A stretch of DNA of 64,000 nt, taken from Dehalococcoidia bacterium. GTDB lineage: Bacteria > Chloroflexota > Dehalococcoidia > Plut-88900. A program made the position numbers and the translations under genes. Positions 48,524 to 57,799 of the stretch are shown here, one piece after another. Within the stretch, counting starts at the first letter, position 1. Every line of letters begins with the position of its first letter. The stretch covers positions 2,144,001-2,208,000 of the forward strand of contig OZ240215.1 in NCBI GenBank assembly GCA_965197585.1, in the 5' to 3' direction. The notes under the pieces are model-generated. The model worked only from the letters and a program-made list of their open reading frames with translations, was not told the origin of the DNA and made no database searches.

Positions 48524-50567
48524 CCCGCTGCAGCTCCTGAGCGGACTGGGTCGCCGACTCCTCAAAAGGGACTCCATCAACGCAAGGCCGGAAGCCCCTG
48601 CCTCCACCACCGAGGGGCGCGGCGGTCCCTGGGCACAGGCATGGACCCGGCTGCGCCACAAGAAGGTCGCACTGGGGGCGCTCATCATTGTCGTCATTCT
48701 CTATGGGGTGGGCGCCTTAGCCCCTCTAACCGCCCCCCGAGACTACCGGGAGACTCCGTCAACTAACCTGGAAGAACTGCCTGGCTTCCAGGGCCTCGTC
48801 ATGTCTCCTAACTGGTCAGATGACTCGACTTTGTACAACTACACCCCCGTGGGCGTTTTTCGCTCCGAAAACGCAGGAGGCAGCTGGACTCAGGTAGTTT
48901 CAGGACTGGGCGCCGTCAACGTGGACGTGCTGGTGCCGGTCCCGTCCGAAGGGCCTGAAGAGGTGGTCTACGCCGGTACGCCTCAGGGAGTTTTTGTCTC
49001 CCGGGACGGCGCCTCTTCCTGGGCCCCTGCGAACGTCGGCCTCCCGGACAATCTCGGCATCAATCACATCGCCGTCTCACCCGTCTTCCACGCGGACGGG
49101 ACCCTGATTGCCGCCTTGTCCGGCGGCCTGTTCAGGAGCGCAGACCGGGGCACGACCTGGACAAACGTCAGCAATGGCTTCCAAGGCGACTCCCCTGCCG
49201 CATCCCACGTCGTCTTCTCCCCCGCCTTCGCCATTGACGCCACGGTCTTCGCCACCGTTACCGAGCGCAAGACAGGCTCCTTCCGCTCCGTCGAGGAGAT
49301 CTACCGCTCGACAGACGGCGGGGTGACCTGGACCCAGGCCTACGAGGGCAGAGCGGGCACGTCCCGGGAAACCAGGATGGCCATATCGCCGGCCTTCGCC
49401 CGAGACGGCACCCTGTACGTGTCCACCTCCCAGGGTTTGCTCCGCTCTCGGGACAGGGGGCAAACATGGGATGTGATTGACGAAAGTTTGGGCAGCCACC
49501 AGGTAATCTCCCTCCTTATCTCCCCCGATTTCGGGTCCGACAACACCATATTTGCCAACACCAGCAGCCTCGGTATCTATCGCTCCGTCGATGGAGGTGA
49601 GTCCTGGGACATAGTAACCACAGGCCTGAGCATCACCAAGGCCGAAGGCCTCGCCGTCTCACCCGACTTCGGAAACGACGCCACACTCTTTGCCGGCACC
49701 GTGGACGGCGGCCTATTCATCTCCACAAACGGAGGCGACCTCTGGACCGAGCTCGCCTCCACGGACCTTATCGAGGGGCCGTCCATTTTTAATTGGCCCC
49801 CGAGCTTCGAGCATCCCCTTGGCACCGACAGGATTGGCCGCGACATGCTGAGCCGGGTAATCTACGGCATCCGCACCACGGTGATCATCACCTTGGCCTC
49901 GGTGCTTACGGGATCGCTGCTAATTGGTGTGTTCATGGGCGCCGCCGCGGGTTATTTCGGCCGCCGCGTCGATACCATAATCATGCGCACCGGCGATATA
50001 TTTCTCGCATTCCCCGGCATCCTGCTGATCATACTTATTGCGGCCACGGTCAAGCCGAGGGTCGTGGAATGGACGAGGGGATTTGAAGACTGGTCCGGCA
50101 TCGACGGGATAGTAAGGTCGGGGGCCGTGGACTACTTTGTAGTGTTCGCGTCGCTGACCCTGTTCAGCTGGGTCGGCATGGCCCGGCTGGTCAGAGGCCA
50201 GGTGCTGTCGCTGAAGGAGAGCCAGTACGTGGAGGCGGCTAGGGCCATGGGCGCCTCGAACCTGCGCATCGTCTTCCGGCACCTGCTCCCGAACGCTATC
50301 AGCCCGGTAATCGTATCGGTTTCGATGGGCATGGGCGCCGTGGCGGGATCGGAAGTGGTACTGAGTTGGCTCGGGATCGGTATCCAGCCCCCGAACCCTA
50401 GCCTCGGGCGCATGATCCTCGAAAACTTCGGAATATCCAACCTCTCCATCCTCCGCGACGACCCCCACCTCCTCCTCGTCCCTGCCGTCACCATCGCCAT
50501 CCTCATCTACGCCTGGAACCTCCTCGGAGATGGCCTCAACGACGTTCTGAACCCGAGGACACGGTAG
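48516..50567 (+). CDS. oppC: Peptide ABC permease with inserted BNR/Asp-box beta-propeller
   Basis: OppC N-terminus 'W.RLRHKKVALGALII', seven 'xSxDxGxxW' repeats, then 'HPLGTDRIGRDMLSR', 'YVEAARAMGAS..RI.FRHLLPN', 'LGDGLND.LNPR'. Confidence 0.88.
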   Translation: MTNPLQLLSGLGRRLLKRDSINARPEAPASTTEGRGGPWAQAWTRLRHKKVALGALIIVVILYGVGALAPLTAPRDYRETPSTNLEELPGFQGLVMSPNWSDDSTLYNYTPVGVFRSENAGGSWTQVVSGLGAVNVDVLVPVPSEGPEEVVYAGTPQGVFVSRDGASSWAPANVGLPDNLGINHIAVSPVFHADGTLIAALSGGLFRSADRGTTWTNVSNGFQGDSPAASHVVFSPAFAIDATVFATVTERKTGSFRSVEEIYRSTDGGVTWTQAYEGRAGTSRETRMAISPAFARDGTLYVSTSQGLLRSRDRGQTWDVIDESLGSHQVISLLISPDFGSDNTIFANTSSLGIYRSVDGGESWDIVTTGLSITKAEGLAVSPDFGNDATLFAGTVDGGLFISTNGGDLWTELASTDLIEGPSIFNWPPSFEHPLGTDRIGRDMLSRVIYGIRTTVIITLASVLTGSLLIGVFMGAAAGYFGRRVDTIIMRTGDIFLAFPGILLIILIAATVKPRVVEWTRGFEDWSGIDGIVRSGAVDYFVVFASLTLFSWVGMARLVRGQVLSLKESQYVEAARAMGASNLRIVFRHLLPNAISPVIVSVSMGMGAVAGSEVVLSWLGIGIQPPNPSLGRMILENFGISNLSILRDDPHLLLVPAVTIAILIYAWNLLGDGLNDVLNPRTR

Positions 50568-50645
50568 TGGAAATTTGCAGGCCCACACGATTCTCAGTAT
50601 AATGTAGCCACTTCAGTAGATGTAATATGACTACGTTGGAGACAT

Positions 50646-50930
50646 TTGGTGACCACTTATAGCGTACGCGAGTTCAAAGCCAAAGTAAGCGAGATACTTC
50701 GCGACCTGAAAGAAGGTGAGGAAGTAATAATCACACGGCGTGGTCAGCCATGCGGCAGACTAACACCCGTACCTCCCTCGGACAGCGAAAAGCCTTCACT
50801 GGCCACTCTTCGCGGCGCCTTTTCTTCAGCCCTCCCGGATGCAACCTATCAGGACTTCCTAGACATCAAGGCAATATGGAATCCCCGCAGCCAACTAGTA
50901 GACGAGGCCGAAGCCCGTCGTGCTCGATAG
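50646..50930 (+). CDS. Phd/YefM family antitoxin
   Basis: 'SVREFKAKVSEILR...GEEVIITRRGQP..RLTP'. Confidence 0.88.
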   Translation: MVTTYSVREFKAKVSEILRDLKEGEEVIITRRGQPCGRLTPVPPSDSEKPSLATLRGAFSSALPDATYQDFLDIKAIWNPRSQLVDEAEARRAR

Positions 50931-51324
50931 CAATACCCGGTTCTTGGTCGACACCCACGCTCTCTGGTGGTACCTCCACTCCCCTGACCACCTCTCCCCG
51001 GCGGCTTCCGCAATCTTCCGATTGGCTGAGACCGGCAATGCCGACATCGTAGTTCCAGCCATTGTAGTCGCCGAATTCCACTTTCTTTCTGTAAAGTTTG
51101 GCCGAGCCCTAGCTCCCACTGTCCTTCTTGATACTTTCGAAAGTGTGGCTGGCATTCGGATGTCGGAGCTGGGAAGAGCGCAAATTGAGCGGGTCGCTGA
51201 CTTTCCAGAGATTCCCGATATCCACGACCGCCTAATCGCCGCAGAATCAGCTGCGTTTGACATACCCCTCGTAACAAAGGACGTCATCTTATCGGGTACA
51301 GCTCAGATTGAGACCATCTGGTAG
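50920..51324 (+). CDS. vapC: PIN-domain (VapC) toxin
   Basis: 'LVDTHALWWYL...LS', 'DIHDRLIAA', 'PLVTKD'. Confidence 0.9.
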   Translation: MLDSNTRFLVDTHALWWYLHSPDHLSPAASAIFRLAETGNADIVVPAIVVAEFHFLSVKFGRALAPTVLLDTFESVAGIRMSELGRAQIERVADFPEIPDIHDRLIAAESAAFDIPLVTKDVILSGTAQIETIW

Positions 51325-51353
51325 CCGAGACGCCCTGGCCGAGCAGGTTGCCC

Positions 51354-51869
51354 CTACAAATTCACAAACGCCGGACTGGACGCAATCAACGGCACATCTT
51401 GCTGGGACTCGTCCGCAAGCCCGACCCGGTACACCGTTAGCCCGTGCTCTCCGGCTGGAGCGTCGTCCAAAACCCTGAATGTCAGCGTTGCGAGAGTCCC
51501 GGCATCTGTCGGGGCTGAGGTTTCTCCCCTCCGAGCCAGGGCGAAAATTAGCTGTCCAATCTCTTGGTCCGCCGACTCCACTCCCACCAGCGGCGAAGCC
51601 CCGAGCAGTTCACCTGCCGACATCCCCTCGTAAGCGAACACCCGGGTGTCGAAGTTTATGATCACTTCAGCCGCGCTAATTCCCTGACCCTTGGGATCCA
51701 CTCCCACGTCAACCGTGAAGCTCTTTCCCGACTCGGCGTCTATGCTGGACGGCGTAAGGGTGACGATTACCGCGCCGTCATCTCCGCCCCCGCACCCAGA
51801 GACCACGATCAGGACAACCAGCGCTCCGAGTATTGCTGCCGTCAACGATATTTTGGCTATTCTCTTCAT
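51354..51869 (-). CDS. Cohesin-domain lipoprotein
   Basis: Lipobox 'IVVSGC'; 'G.SFTVDV.V...ISAAEV.INFD..VF.Y..M.AG.LL...GTLATLTFRV...A.AG' cohesin pattern. Confidence 0.75.
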   Translation of the reverse strand: MKRIAKISLTAAILGALVVLIVVSGCGGGDDGAVIVTLTPSSIDAESGKSFTVDVGVDPKGQGISAAEVIINFDTRVFAYEGMSAGELLGASPLVGVESADQEIGQLIFALARRGETSAPTDAGTLATLTFRVLDDAPAGEHGLTVYRVGLADESQQDVPLIASSPAFVNL

Positions 51870-51879
51870 ATCGTGTTGC

Positions 51880-53280
51880 TCACGGTGAGGGTAGCTGTGC
51901 ACCGAGGATCGCCAGGTCCAGGTAGTTGACTACGTTGTCATTGTTCAGGTCCGCCGTTGCATCGAAACCCGCCTCTCCGGAAATTGTCCCGTAGGCTTGG
52001 CGCAACTGCACTAAGGCCAGTTCCCCATTTTCAATCTCGATCTCGCCGGTCGAGTCTGGAGAAGGCGTCGCCGTTGGAGCGCCCAGAGGGGCCCGGGTGG
52101 GGATGGGAGTGGGCGTCGTCGAATCGGGGCGGTTGCCTATTCTCTCCATCGACACCGGAGGCACACCTATGCTCTCTCTCCACATGTTGTCGAGAGTAAT
52201 CAGGTCAATTCCATATACCTTCTCCAGCGTGTCCTCGAAATTGAGCTGGCCATCCCGAAACTCCCTGAGTAGTTCGCTCATCTTTGCCGTCCCGAAGGTC
52301 CTTACCATGAAGTCCACAACCTGACGGGAGTGGCCGTAAAATACGATAACGGCATCCGGCTCTCCGGGCCGGTTGGCAAGCTGGACCAAGGGGTAGAGGG
52401 TGTCCGTCCTGACGGCTCTGAGCACCGCCAGATCGTATGAGAAGCCCGGCTCGATGTTGCCGTACTCGGCGAGCCCCTCGTTCAGCCAGTCCGGGACCCG
52501 TTTCCCCGGCCCCTCCGCCGCTTGTGCAATGAGAAGGTGCGTCACTTCATGGGATACGATTCCCTTGATCTGGCTGTCGAACCCGTTTATCAGAAGGACT
52601 CCCTCTTTTCCGTGGGCCTGCCCCTGGGTCACCAGGCCACTGGAGCTGGTCCGGCTGATAAATGGCAGGGCATCCTTCATCTGCACCGGGTTGCTGTACA
52701 TCACTATGTTGACGTTTCGAGTCAGTGGAGTCTCCAGCAGCCGACCCACGTTGCTCAAGGTCTCCACTGAAGTGTCCAGCACCGTTTCGGCCCGCGTCTT
52801 CACGGGCCCGTTGTAGTAGACGGTCACGTTCTCCCGGGACACGGTGTTCCACTCGAAACGGGTGTCGGTGTACACAAATTCGGTAGCGTCCATCTCCGCA
52901 GAGTTGCCGTCCTCGTCCTCCAGAATCCACTTGTATGAGATGACGGCGCCGGGAGGTATATAGGTGCTGCTCCCGCCCCGAGTCCTGAGCGTGAACTCTG
53001 CAGTCGAAGGATTGCCGTCCTCGAACTCTACGGGTTCTACCCTCCTCGAGTCCTGTCCCACTATCAGGAATGTCAGGTTGACGCGGGCCACGGGCCTATC
53101 TGTGGAGAACTCCAGGGAAAAGGTCATGTCATCCGGGAAGTTCGTCTCGACCGACTGCTCCCCGAACTCAACCCAGTGGTTGTCGGCCGAAGCTCCTGCG
53201 CTTAGTCCGGCCCACAACACTCCCGCAGCTATGGTAACCGCCACTGCTATCCAAATATGGCTGTATCTTAGTTGTGCCAT
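51880..53280 (-). CDS. Secreted clan MA (gluzincin) metallopeptidase with C-terminal dockerin-like module
   Basis: 'SHEVTH...PDWLNEGLAEY'; PT linker; 'AYG...ADLNNDNVVNYLDLAIL'. Confidence 0.82.
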   Translation of the reverse strand: MAQLRYSHIWIAVAVTIAAGVLWAGLSAGASADNHWVEFGEQSVETNFPDDMTFSLEFSTDRPVARVNLTFLIVGQDSRRVEPVEFEDGNPSTAEFTLRTRGGSSTYIPPGAVISYKWILEDEDGNSAEMDATEFVYTDTRFEWNTVSRENVTVYYNGPVKTRAETVLDTSVETLSNVGRLLETPLTRNVNIVMYSNPVQMKDALPFISRTSSSGLVTQGQAHGKEGVLLINGFDSQIKGIVSHEVTHLLIAQAAEGPGKRVPDWLNEGLAEYGNIEPGFSYDLAVLRAVRTDTLYPLVQLANRPGEPDAVIVFYGHSRQVVDFMVRTFGTAKMSELLREFRDGQLNFEDTLEKVYGIDLITLDNMWRESIGVPPVSMERIGNRPDSTTPTPIPTRAPLGAPTATPSPDSTGEIEIENGELALVQLRQAYGTISGEAGFDATADLNNDNVVNYLDLAILGAQLPSP

Positions 53281-53301
53281 CGGTCCGTTAACGTCCCGCC
53301 A

Positions 53302-54666
53302 TTAGGGGCTTGCCATGCTTCGTATCAGGGCTATGGCAAGGTTTACGACATCACCCAACAGGCCCGAGTCAACGAATTCCAGGGTGTCCTCGGCGGTGTT
53401 GACCCGGGAAAGGTCGTCTGCGAAGAATAACACCACGGGTATCTCCACCGACTGGAAGACAACGTGGTCACTGATCAGTCCCTCGGGCTCTCGGCCCGGG
53501 GTGATCGTGACTCCAAGATCCGTACCCAGCCGCAAGGCCTCCAGCTGAAGCGCCGGCTCTCCGGCGATGATGGCCCTTTCACCGCTCCCCACATCATCCA
53601 GGTTGATCATCGCAAGCACGCTGCCCGTGTTATCACCTATGACGTTCGAAACGTATCGCTGGCTGCCTATAAGGCCGACCTCCTCCCCGCCGAAGGCCAC
53701 GAATGTCACGTCCACGGCAAGGTCGTCGTCCTTTAGGGCTCGGGCGATGGTGAGCAAGGCTGCCGTCCCCGACGCATTGTCGTTCGCCCCGACCGACTCA
53801 GTGTCAGTATCGTAGTGGGCCCCGATAATGATGGTCGGCGCCCCGGTTATGGAGCCCTTCTTGGTCGCCACTACGTTGCGGCTCTCCCTGTCGTCCGTCT
53901 CCACTTTCACCCGCACCGTCACCTCACCCGACTCCATCATAGCCAAAAGGGCTTGACCGTCTTCCTGGCTTATTGAAAGCGCCGGTATCTGGCCGGCAGT
54001 TTGAAGGGTGCCTGCGAAGTTCTCCGGCTCGCTGTTGTAGATTATGACCGCCGAAGCGCCTGCTTCCCGAGCGTTACTGGCTTTGATTTCAAAGTCGATC
54101 TCTCCCCGCCCGATCAACGCCACGGCCCCGTCCAACCCATCCTCGGGGAAATCTACCGCCCTGCCTAGACCTGCGTGTACCAGTCTCCCTTCCACGTCCC
54201 CGAAACCCGTCCGGTACATAAACAGCGATTCAATAACTTGCTCTTCCTCGCCCGTGACCCTCAGCCAGGGTTCATCATCGCTTATTAGTCTCAGGTCGAA
54301 GCCATTAACTTCTGCCTCGTATCCAAAACTGCTAAGCTCGGCGGCAATGAATTCCGCGGCCGCAAGCTCTCCGTCCGTCGTAGCATTTCGTTCCGGGTAA
54401 TCAGAGACGATGGTTTCCACGTATCCATAGGCGATATCAGCCAACTCAGGCGCGAAGGAAACGGCAGTGGGCACGTTAACGCCCGGGGCGGAGATGGGGG
54501 TGGAGGTAGGAATCGCGATGGTGGGGGTCGGCGTGCCTGTTGTATCAATTGCCTGGGGGGTGAGTGCCTGCGCCTCAGTAGTTGCAGTGGCATCCCCGCC
54601 GCCACCACATGCGGCCGCAACCAGTACTGCCAGGATTGTAGCGGCCAAGAGTTTCAATTTGATCAT
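53302..54666 (-). CDS. M28 aminopeptidase lipoprotein with PA domain
   Basis: 'AAAC' lipobox; PA domain 'VALIGRG..F..KA.NA..AGASAVIIYN'; 'GAHYD', 'GANDNASG', 'GEEVGLIGS', 'INLD', 'SDH'. Confidence 0.92.
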   Translation of the reverse strand: MIKLKLLAATILAVLVAAACGGGGDATATTEAQALTPQAIDTTGTPTPTIAIPTSTPISAPGVNVPTAVSFAPELADIAYGYVETIVSDYPERNATTDGELAAAEFIAAELSSFGYEAEVNGFDLRLISDDEPWLRVTGEEEQVIESLFMYRTGFGDVEGRLVHAGLGRAVDFPEDGLDGAVALIGRGEIDFEIKASNAREAGASAVIIYNSEPENFAGTLQTAGQIPALSISQEDGQALLAMMESGEVTVRVKVETDDRESRNVVATKKGSITGAPTIIIGAHYDTDTESVGANDNASGTAALLTIARALKDDDLAVDVTFVAFGGEEVGLIGSQRYVSNVIGDNTGSVLAMINLDDVGSGERAIIAGEPALQLEALRLGTDLGVTITPGREPEGLISDHVVFQSVEIPVVLFFADDLSRVNTAEDTLEFVDSGLLGDVVNLAIALIRSMASP

Positions 54667-54777
54667 CTAAACCTACGTCCTGTGTTCTCGGTAGACACAG
54701 TGGAGTTTGGGACTAGAGGGGCTCATCAAACAATAACGCACGTAGAGTCATTTAGTTGCGCCCCCTCAGCGTACAAC

Positions 54778-54806
54778 AATGGGAAACTGCGCTGCAGTTT
54801 CCCATT
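54778..54806 (-). terminator. Terminator-like perfect hairpin downstream of the FTR-like gene
   Basis: AATGGGAAACTGC-GCT-GCAGTTTCCCATT, 13-bp stem, 25 nt past the TAG at 54831-54833. Confidence 0.65.
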
Positions 54807-54830
54807 ATTTACCTTGCATAAGTTAGGGAA

Positions 54831-55262
54831 CTATTCCCTCCGAGTTGCCGGCCCCCGAGCCGACTTCTTAGGCGCTCCGGTGTATTTTTCATCCGGGAAC
54901 AGATCCTCACCGGGAGCCCCGCCCTCGCCGGCCACCGTGCTCATCGGCTCCTCGCCCGCTTCCATCTTGCGAAGAAACTCTTCGCTCACGAAGAACATTC
55001 ATATACAGAACCCGTCTCGGGCTATGTCTTCGTGGTGCCTCTCGCAGGGGCAGATCTTCATGCGATCCAGATCCGGATCGCCATCTACGATCATTCAGGG
55101 ACAGTAGCGGTAGCCGAATTTCACCTCGTTCTTGGCCAGCCCCTTCTGCACTTCGTCGACGATCTCCGGGTCGGAGTAGAACTCGTAGGGTCCCTTCTCC
55201 ACGTACTTCTCGGACATCTTCACTGCGCCCTTCAGGGCCTGCTCGAAGGTCTTCTTCTTCAA
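54831..55262 (-). CDS. Ferredoxin-thioredoxin reductase catalytic-subunit homolog with two selenocysteines (TGA 55095-55097 and 54999-55001); 143 aa
   Basis: AGGAGG RBS then TTG; read-through gives 'GLAKNEVKFGYRYCP-U-MIVDGDPDLDRMKICPCERHHEDIARDGFCI-U-MFFVS', matching the FTR CPC/CPC/CxC pattern; two SECIS-like hairpins. Confidence 0.88.
54969..54985 (-). promoter_or_regulatory. SECIS-like hairpin for second TGA
   Basis: GCGAAGA-GTT-TCTTCGC after a 13-nt spacer from TGA. Confidence 0.75.
55062..55081 (-). promoter_or_regulatory. SECIS-like hairpin for first TGA
   Basis: GCGATCCG-GATC-TGGATCGC after a 13-nt spacer from TGA. Confidence 0.75.
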
Positions 55263-55353
55263 CCTCGTTCCTCCTTTGCGCTGGGGCCTATGGTTCAATT
55301 ATACCCCACCGCCCGGCCCATTCCTTCGCATTGTCTGTTAACGCTCATCCTAA

Positions 55354-57540
55354 TCAGGGTTCGCAGATAGACACTTCACTTCCGTCCCGACGCGTTATTT
55401 CATCCAAGGACTCGGGAATGCAGCCGTGTAGATTCGTGTAGCTAATGTCAAGCCTGGATAGCTGCTGCAGATTGCCTATTTGCGGCAAGATTGCCCCCTT
55501 AATACGAGTGTAGGCCAGATCTAGTTCGCGCAATTCCGTAAGGTCGTACAGCTCCGCAGGCAAGGAACCGCTGATACCGGTCCCCCTGAGATCTAGGATT
55601 CTCAACTGTTGTAGTGATCCCAATTCTGGAGGCAATGTTCCTGAGATAGTCGGAGACGACAGATCGAGTGTCTCTAACTGCTTCAGGTTGCCAAGCCCCG
55701 AAGGAATCGATCCACTAATTCGATTGCCGCCCAAACGTAATACTTTAAGGTTGGATAGCATGCCAAGTTCCTTTGGTATCGCCCCTAAAAGGCCATTCCT
55801 GTTTACGTTCAGCTCGACCAGCTCAGACAATTCACTAAGCTCTGTCGGAATATGTCCGTCAAGCTTGTTCGATGACAAGTCCAGATATTCCAGCGCGCTC
55901 AATTCCCCAATCTCCGCAGGGATTGTCCCGCTAAGATCGTGCTCAGGAAGGGACAGCCTGCGAACCCGGAGCGGTAACTTATCGTCTGGGGATTCAGCAT
56001 CCGATGTTTCTGCTGACAGAGGGTCAAGATGGACTCCCTCCCAATCAGATAGTGCCGTTTGCGCATCCCAATTCAACTCGCCGGCACCCGTCAGCTGGTC
56101 TCTGATCCGCAACAGCACCTCGCAATCCCGTACCAGACCAAAGTTGTTTTGTGGATCCTCCACTAGGCTTCCCAGCGAGCAGGAAACCGGACCGGATACA
56201 CCCTCTGCGATTGCGGCCTCTGCAGACAGCAATACCCCATTACGAGAAAGCGCGGTCAACGCACGCTTCCCGCCAGTCTCTATCGTTACCACGTGCAAGC
56301 CGCCCTCCATGCTGGCAAACATTGTCCCGTCAGGTGACCAAGCCCCACAGGAGCTTCCTTCAAATGAGCGCAAGTTAGACCCGTCCGCATTTACTATGAA
56401 TGTTGATCCCGGCAAACCATGTACGGAGAACATTATTTGAGATCCATCCGGTGACCAGCTTGGCCAGCAGAAAGTGTCATATTGCGGCACGTAGTCGAGT
56501 CGGACATTTACAATCTCACTAAATTGCCTCCCGTCCCTATCTACAGTGAACAGCTTAGTCCACCCTTTTTCATAGCTTAGAAAGGCTATGCTTTGTCCAT
56601 CTGGTGTCCATGCTGGTGGGCCTAGGATAGAACCGTAGGTGACTCCATCTGTTCTAGCTTCGAAACCTAATACTCTCTTAGAGGGGGCCCCGTCGGTATT
56701 CGATATGTAGATACCTGGTCGCAGTCTTCGCGTCTGGCTGTAGGTTGAGTCAAATTCTTCTTTGTAGTAATACACTGTTGCCAAATAAGCGATTTCACGA
56801 CTGTCGGGAGACCATGTGAAACCGCCGAAAGCGTATACATCCTCTTTTATGGAGTAGTTTGCTGGTACACCGGGAGCTCTTGTTTCTTCCAGGTCTTCAG
56901 GTGAAGGCGGTACTGCCAGCATCTGGATATCCTTGCCATCTGTACCCATTACGAATAGTCCTGAATCCGCCCCGCCATGTCCTTTGCAAAAGTCGGCGTC
57001 ACGCTTGAAGGCAATCAGTGAACCGTCAGGTGACCATGACGGAGAGGAATCCAAGGCCGTAGAGGGAGTGAGCCTTTTTCTGTCCGCACCATCAAGAGCG
57101 ACTGTTTCGATCTCGTGAAAGTACTTTCCTTCGCCTGCATCTCTGTATGCTACGTAGACGATACGATCTTGCTCCGGAGAGAAATCGAGGGAGCGGACAA
57201 CTAGCGATTTATCATCTAGCATTCGCCTTAGGGTAGTGCCGTCAGGCGAAATTGTGTAAATCTGCGAAACATAAGAATGTCCAGGCAAACGAGCGTTAAA
57301 CACTATCGAACTACCATCAGGTGTCCATTGTGGTGTTGTTTTTGGCCAGGAATAGTCTTTGTCCGTGGGTATCGGTATAGGTGTTGGAGTGGCAAACGCA
57401 CCAGAGGCAAAGGGCCTAAAGGAGCCACAACGGATGCTATTGTTGATGCTGTTTACGCAAAATCCTACTCCAGTGAGCAGGAGTCCCACCGTAGCAAACA
57501 GTACGACCCATTTCTTGTGCTTCAGAATGTATCCACCCAT
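55354..57540 (-). CDS. Membrane-anchored TolB/PD40 propeller plus plant-type leucine-rich-repeat protein
   Basis: Repeated 'P.WSPDG..I.F'; about 7 LRRs 'L.G.IP.ELG.L..L..L.L..N'; cap 'DCEVLL.IRD.L..LNW...SDWEGV'. Confidence 0.88.
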   Translation of the reverse strand: MGGYILKHKKWVVLFATVGLLLTGVGFCVNSINNSIRCGSFRPFASGAFATPTPIPIPTDKDYSWPKTTPQWTPDGSSIVFNARLPGHSYVSQIYTISPDGTTLRRMLDDKSLVVRSLDFSPEQDRIVYVAYRDAGEGKYFHEIETVALDGADRKRLTPSTALDSSPSWSPDGSLIAFKRDADFCKGHGGADSGLFVMGTDGKDIQMLAVPPSPEDLEETRAPGVPANYSIKEDVYAFGGFTWSPDSREIAYLATVYYYKEEFDSTYSQTRRLRPGIYISNTDGAPSKRVLGFEARTDGVTYGSILGPPAWTPDGQSIAFLSYEKGWTKLFTVDRDGRQFSEIVNVRLDYVPQYDTFCWPSWSPDGSQIMFSVHGLPGSTFIVNADGSNLRSFEGSSCGAWSPDGTMFASMEGGLHVVTIETGGKRALTALSRNGVLLSAEAAIAEGVSGPVSCSLGSLVEDPQNNFGLVRDCEVLLRIRDQLTGAGELNWDAQTALSDWEGVHLDPLSAETSDAESPDDKLPLRVRRLSLPEHDLSGTIPAEIGELSALEYLDLSSNKLDGHIPTELSELSELVELNVNRNGLLGAIPKELGMLSNLKVLRLGGNRISGSIPSGLGNLKQLETLDLSSPTISGTLPPELGSLQQLRILDLRGTGISGSLPAELYDLTELRELDLAYTRIKGAILPQIGNLQQLSRLDISYTNLHGCIPESLDEITRRDGSEVSICEP

Positions 57541-57799
57541 ACCTAAGCCTCTCGTTCATCAATTATGGACTTGCGCGTACATAGAAAACGATCTTATTCA
57601 ATAACGATAGTACAGGGATTTTAGAGCACCGTGGAACGTTCGGTGCTTGTTCATTCTGTAGTTCTCATTGATTATAGAACGACCATCGGCGACAAAAAGT
57701 TCCACCTGCTCTTATCGAACGTACTTACCCACCCCCCTCCCCAAAACCCGTATAATCGGGGCACGTGCCACTCCATCCAATCAAAAACTGGAGGCATCC

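Noticed and set aside
54682-55370. Plus-strand ORFs 54682..55107 and 55032..55370
   Set aside because: Shadows of the minus-strand Sec-FTR gene; no recognisable motifs
57545-57799. TPP riboswitch upstream of the cyclase-thiD operon
   Set aside because: No CTGAGA / ACCTG core motifs found
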